DNA from: the human T2T-CHM13v2.0 reference genome, Homo sapiens
DNA: 64,000 nucleotides
Assembly (NCBI RefSeq): GCF_009914755.1
Contig: NC_060926.1
Reading direction: 5' to 3' (one strand)
The translations under genes were made by a program, and so were the position numbers. How positions within the stretch are numbered: the first letter of the stretch is position 1; each line of letters opens with the position of its first letter. This document shows, in pieces, positions 62,949 through 64,000 of the stretch. The notes below the pieces were generated by a model. That model was not told the origin of the DNA, ran no database searches, and worked only from the letters and a program-made list of their open reading frames with translations.

Positions 62949-64000
62949 AGCCAGCCAAGCCTCCCAGCCAGCCAAGCCAGCCAAGCCACCCAGCCAGCCA
63001 AGCCAGCCAAGCCACCTAGCCAGCCAGGCCCACCAGCCAGCCAGCCAGGCAGCCAAGCCAGCCAAGCCAGTCAAGCCCGCCAGCCAGCCAAGACAGGCAT
63101 GCCAGCCAAGCCAGCCAGGCCCGCCAGCCAGCCAAGACAGGCATGCCAGCCAAGCCAGCCAGGCAGCCAAGTCAGCCAAGCCAGGCAGCAAGCAAAGCCA
63201 GGCATGCCAGCCCAGCCAGCCAGGCAGCCAAGCCAGCAAAACCAGCCAGCCAGCCAAGCCAGGCATGCCAGCCAAGCCATCCAGCCAGCTAAGCCAGCCG
63301 GCTAGCCAAGCCAGACAAGCCACCCGGCCATCCAAGCCAGCCAGCCAAGCCGGCCAAGCCAGCCAACCAGCAAAGCCAGTCAGCTAGCCAAGCCAGCCAA
63401 CCAGCCAGCCAGCTAAGCTGGCCAGCCTGCCAGCCAACCAAGCCGGCCAGACAGCCAAGGCAGCCAAGCCGGCCAGGCAGCCAAGCCAGCCAAGCCACCG
63501 ACCCAGCCAAGCCAGCCAAGCCACCCAAGCCACCCAGCCAGCCCAGACAGCCAAGCCAGGCAGCCAGCCAAGCCAGCCAGCCAGCAAAGCCAGGCAGCCA
63601 GCCAAGCCAGTCAAGCCAGACAGCCAGCCAAGCCAGCCAGCCAGCCAAGCGAGCCAAGCCAGCCAGCCAGCCAGGCCAGCCAGCCACCCAGCCAGCCAAG
63701 CCAGCCAGCCACCCAACCAGCCAGGCCAGCCTGCCACCCAGCCAGCCAAGCCAGACAAGCCTGCGAAGCCAGTCAGCCACCCAGCCAGCCAGGCCAGCCA
63801 GCCACCCAGTCAGCCAAGCCATCCAAGCCAGCCGGCCAGCACAGACAGCCAAGCCAGCCACCCAGTCAGCCAAGCCATCCAAGAGAGCCAGCCAGCCCAG
63901 ACAGCCAAGCCAGCCAGCCAGCCAAGCCAGCCAAGCAAGCCAGCAAGCCAGCCAGCCAAGCCAGCCAGCCAAACCAGCCAAGCCACCCAGCCAGCCAAGC
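55347..64000 (+). repeat. (AGCC/AAGCC)n satellite, right block, with a ~4.4-4.7 kb higher-order duplication; runs off the window
   Basis: Marker pairs: 'ctagccaatccactcacccactcaaactag' at 56607/61141, 'ccatggaa' at 57553/61960, 'aagatgg' at 58035/62420, 'gcacagacag' at 59451/63839. Confidence 0.95.

Overview
Primate (human or great-ape-like) heterochromatin-proximal DNA, most consistent with a pericentromeric or acrocentric-arm segmental duplication; the chromosome cannot be determined from the sequence alone. There is no credible protein-coding gene: the long ORFs are artefacts of strand-asymmetric simple repeats, or Alu/L1 read-through. From left to right: a CAGGG-type (CCCTG/GGCCCT) degenerate repeat (0.15-6.1 kb); a (GAAAT/GAGAT/GAT)n satellite with a ~1.5 kb higher-order unit (7.1-16.2 kb); AT-rich and then GC-richer interspersed-repeat DNA (Alu, L1, MIR, MaLR, a MER4-type LTR, an ERVL gag-pro remnant); a rearranged zone with several local tandem, direct and inverted duplications (35.6-45.4 kb); and a long (AGCC/AAGCC)n satellite with ~430 bp and ~4.4-4.7 kb higher-order structure. 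The most unusual element is a ~6.1 kb head-to-tail array of ~24 truncated Alu-derived units nested inside the AGCC satellite. Its ends are circularly permuted, and one unit carries a later full-length Alu insertion. Repeat subfamily calls are from recalled consensus motifs, not database searches, and boundaries are approximate unless a TSD is quoted.
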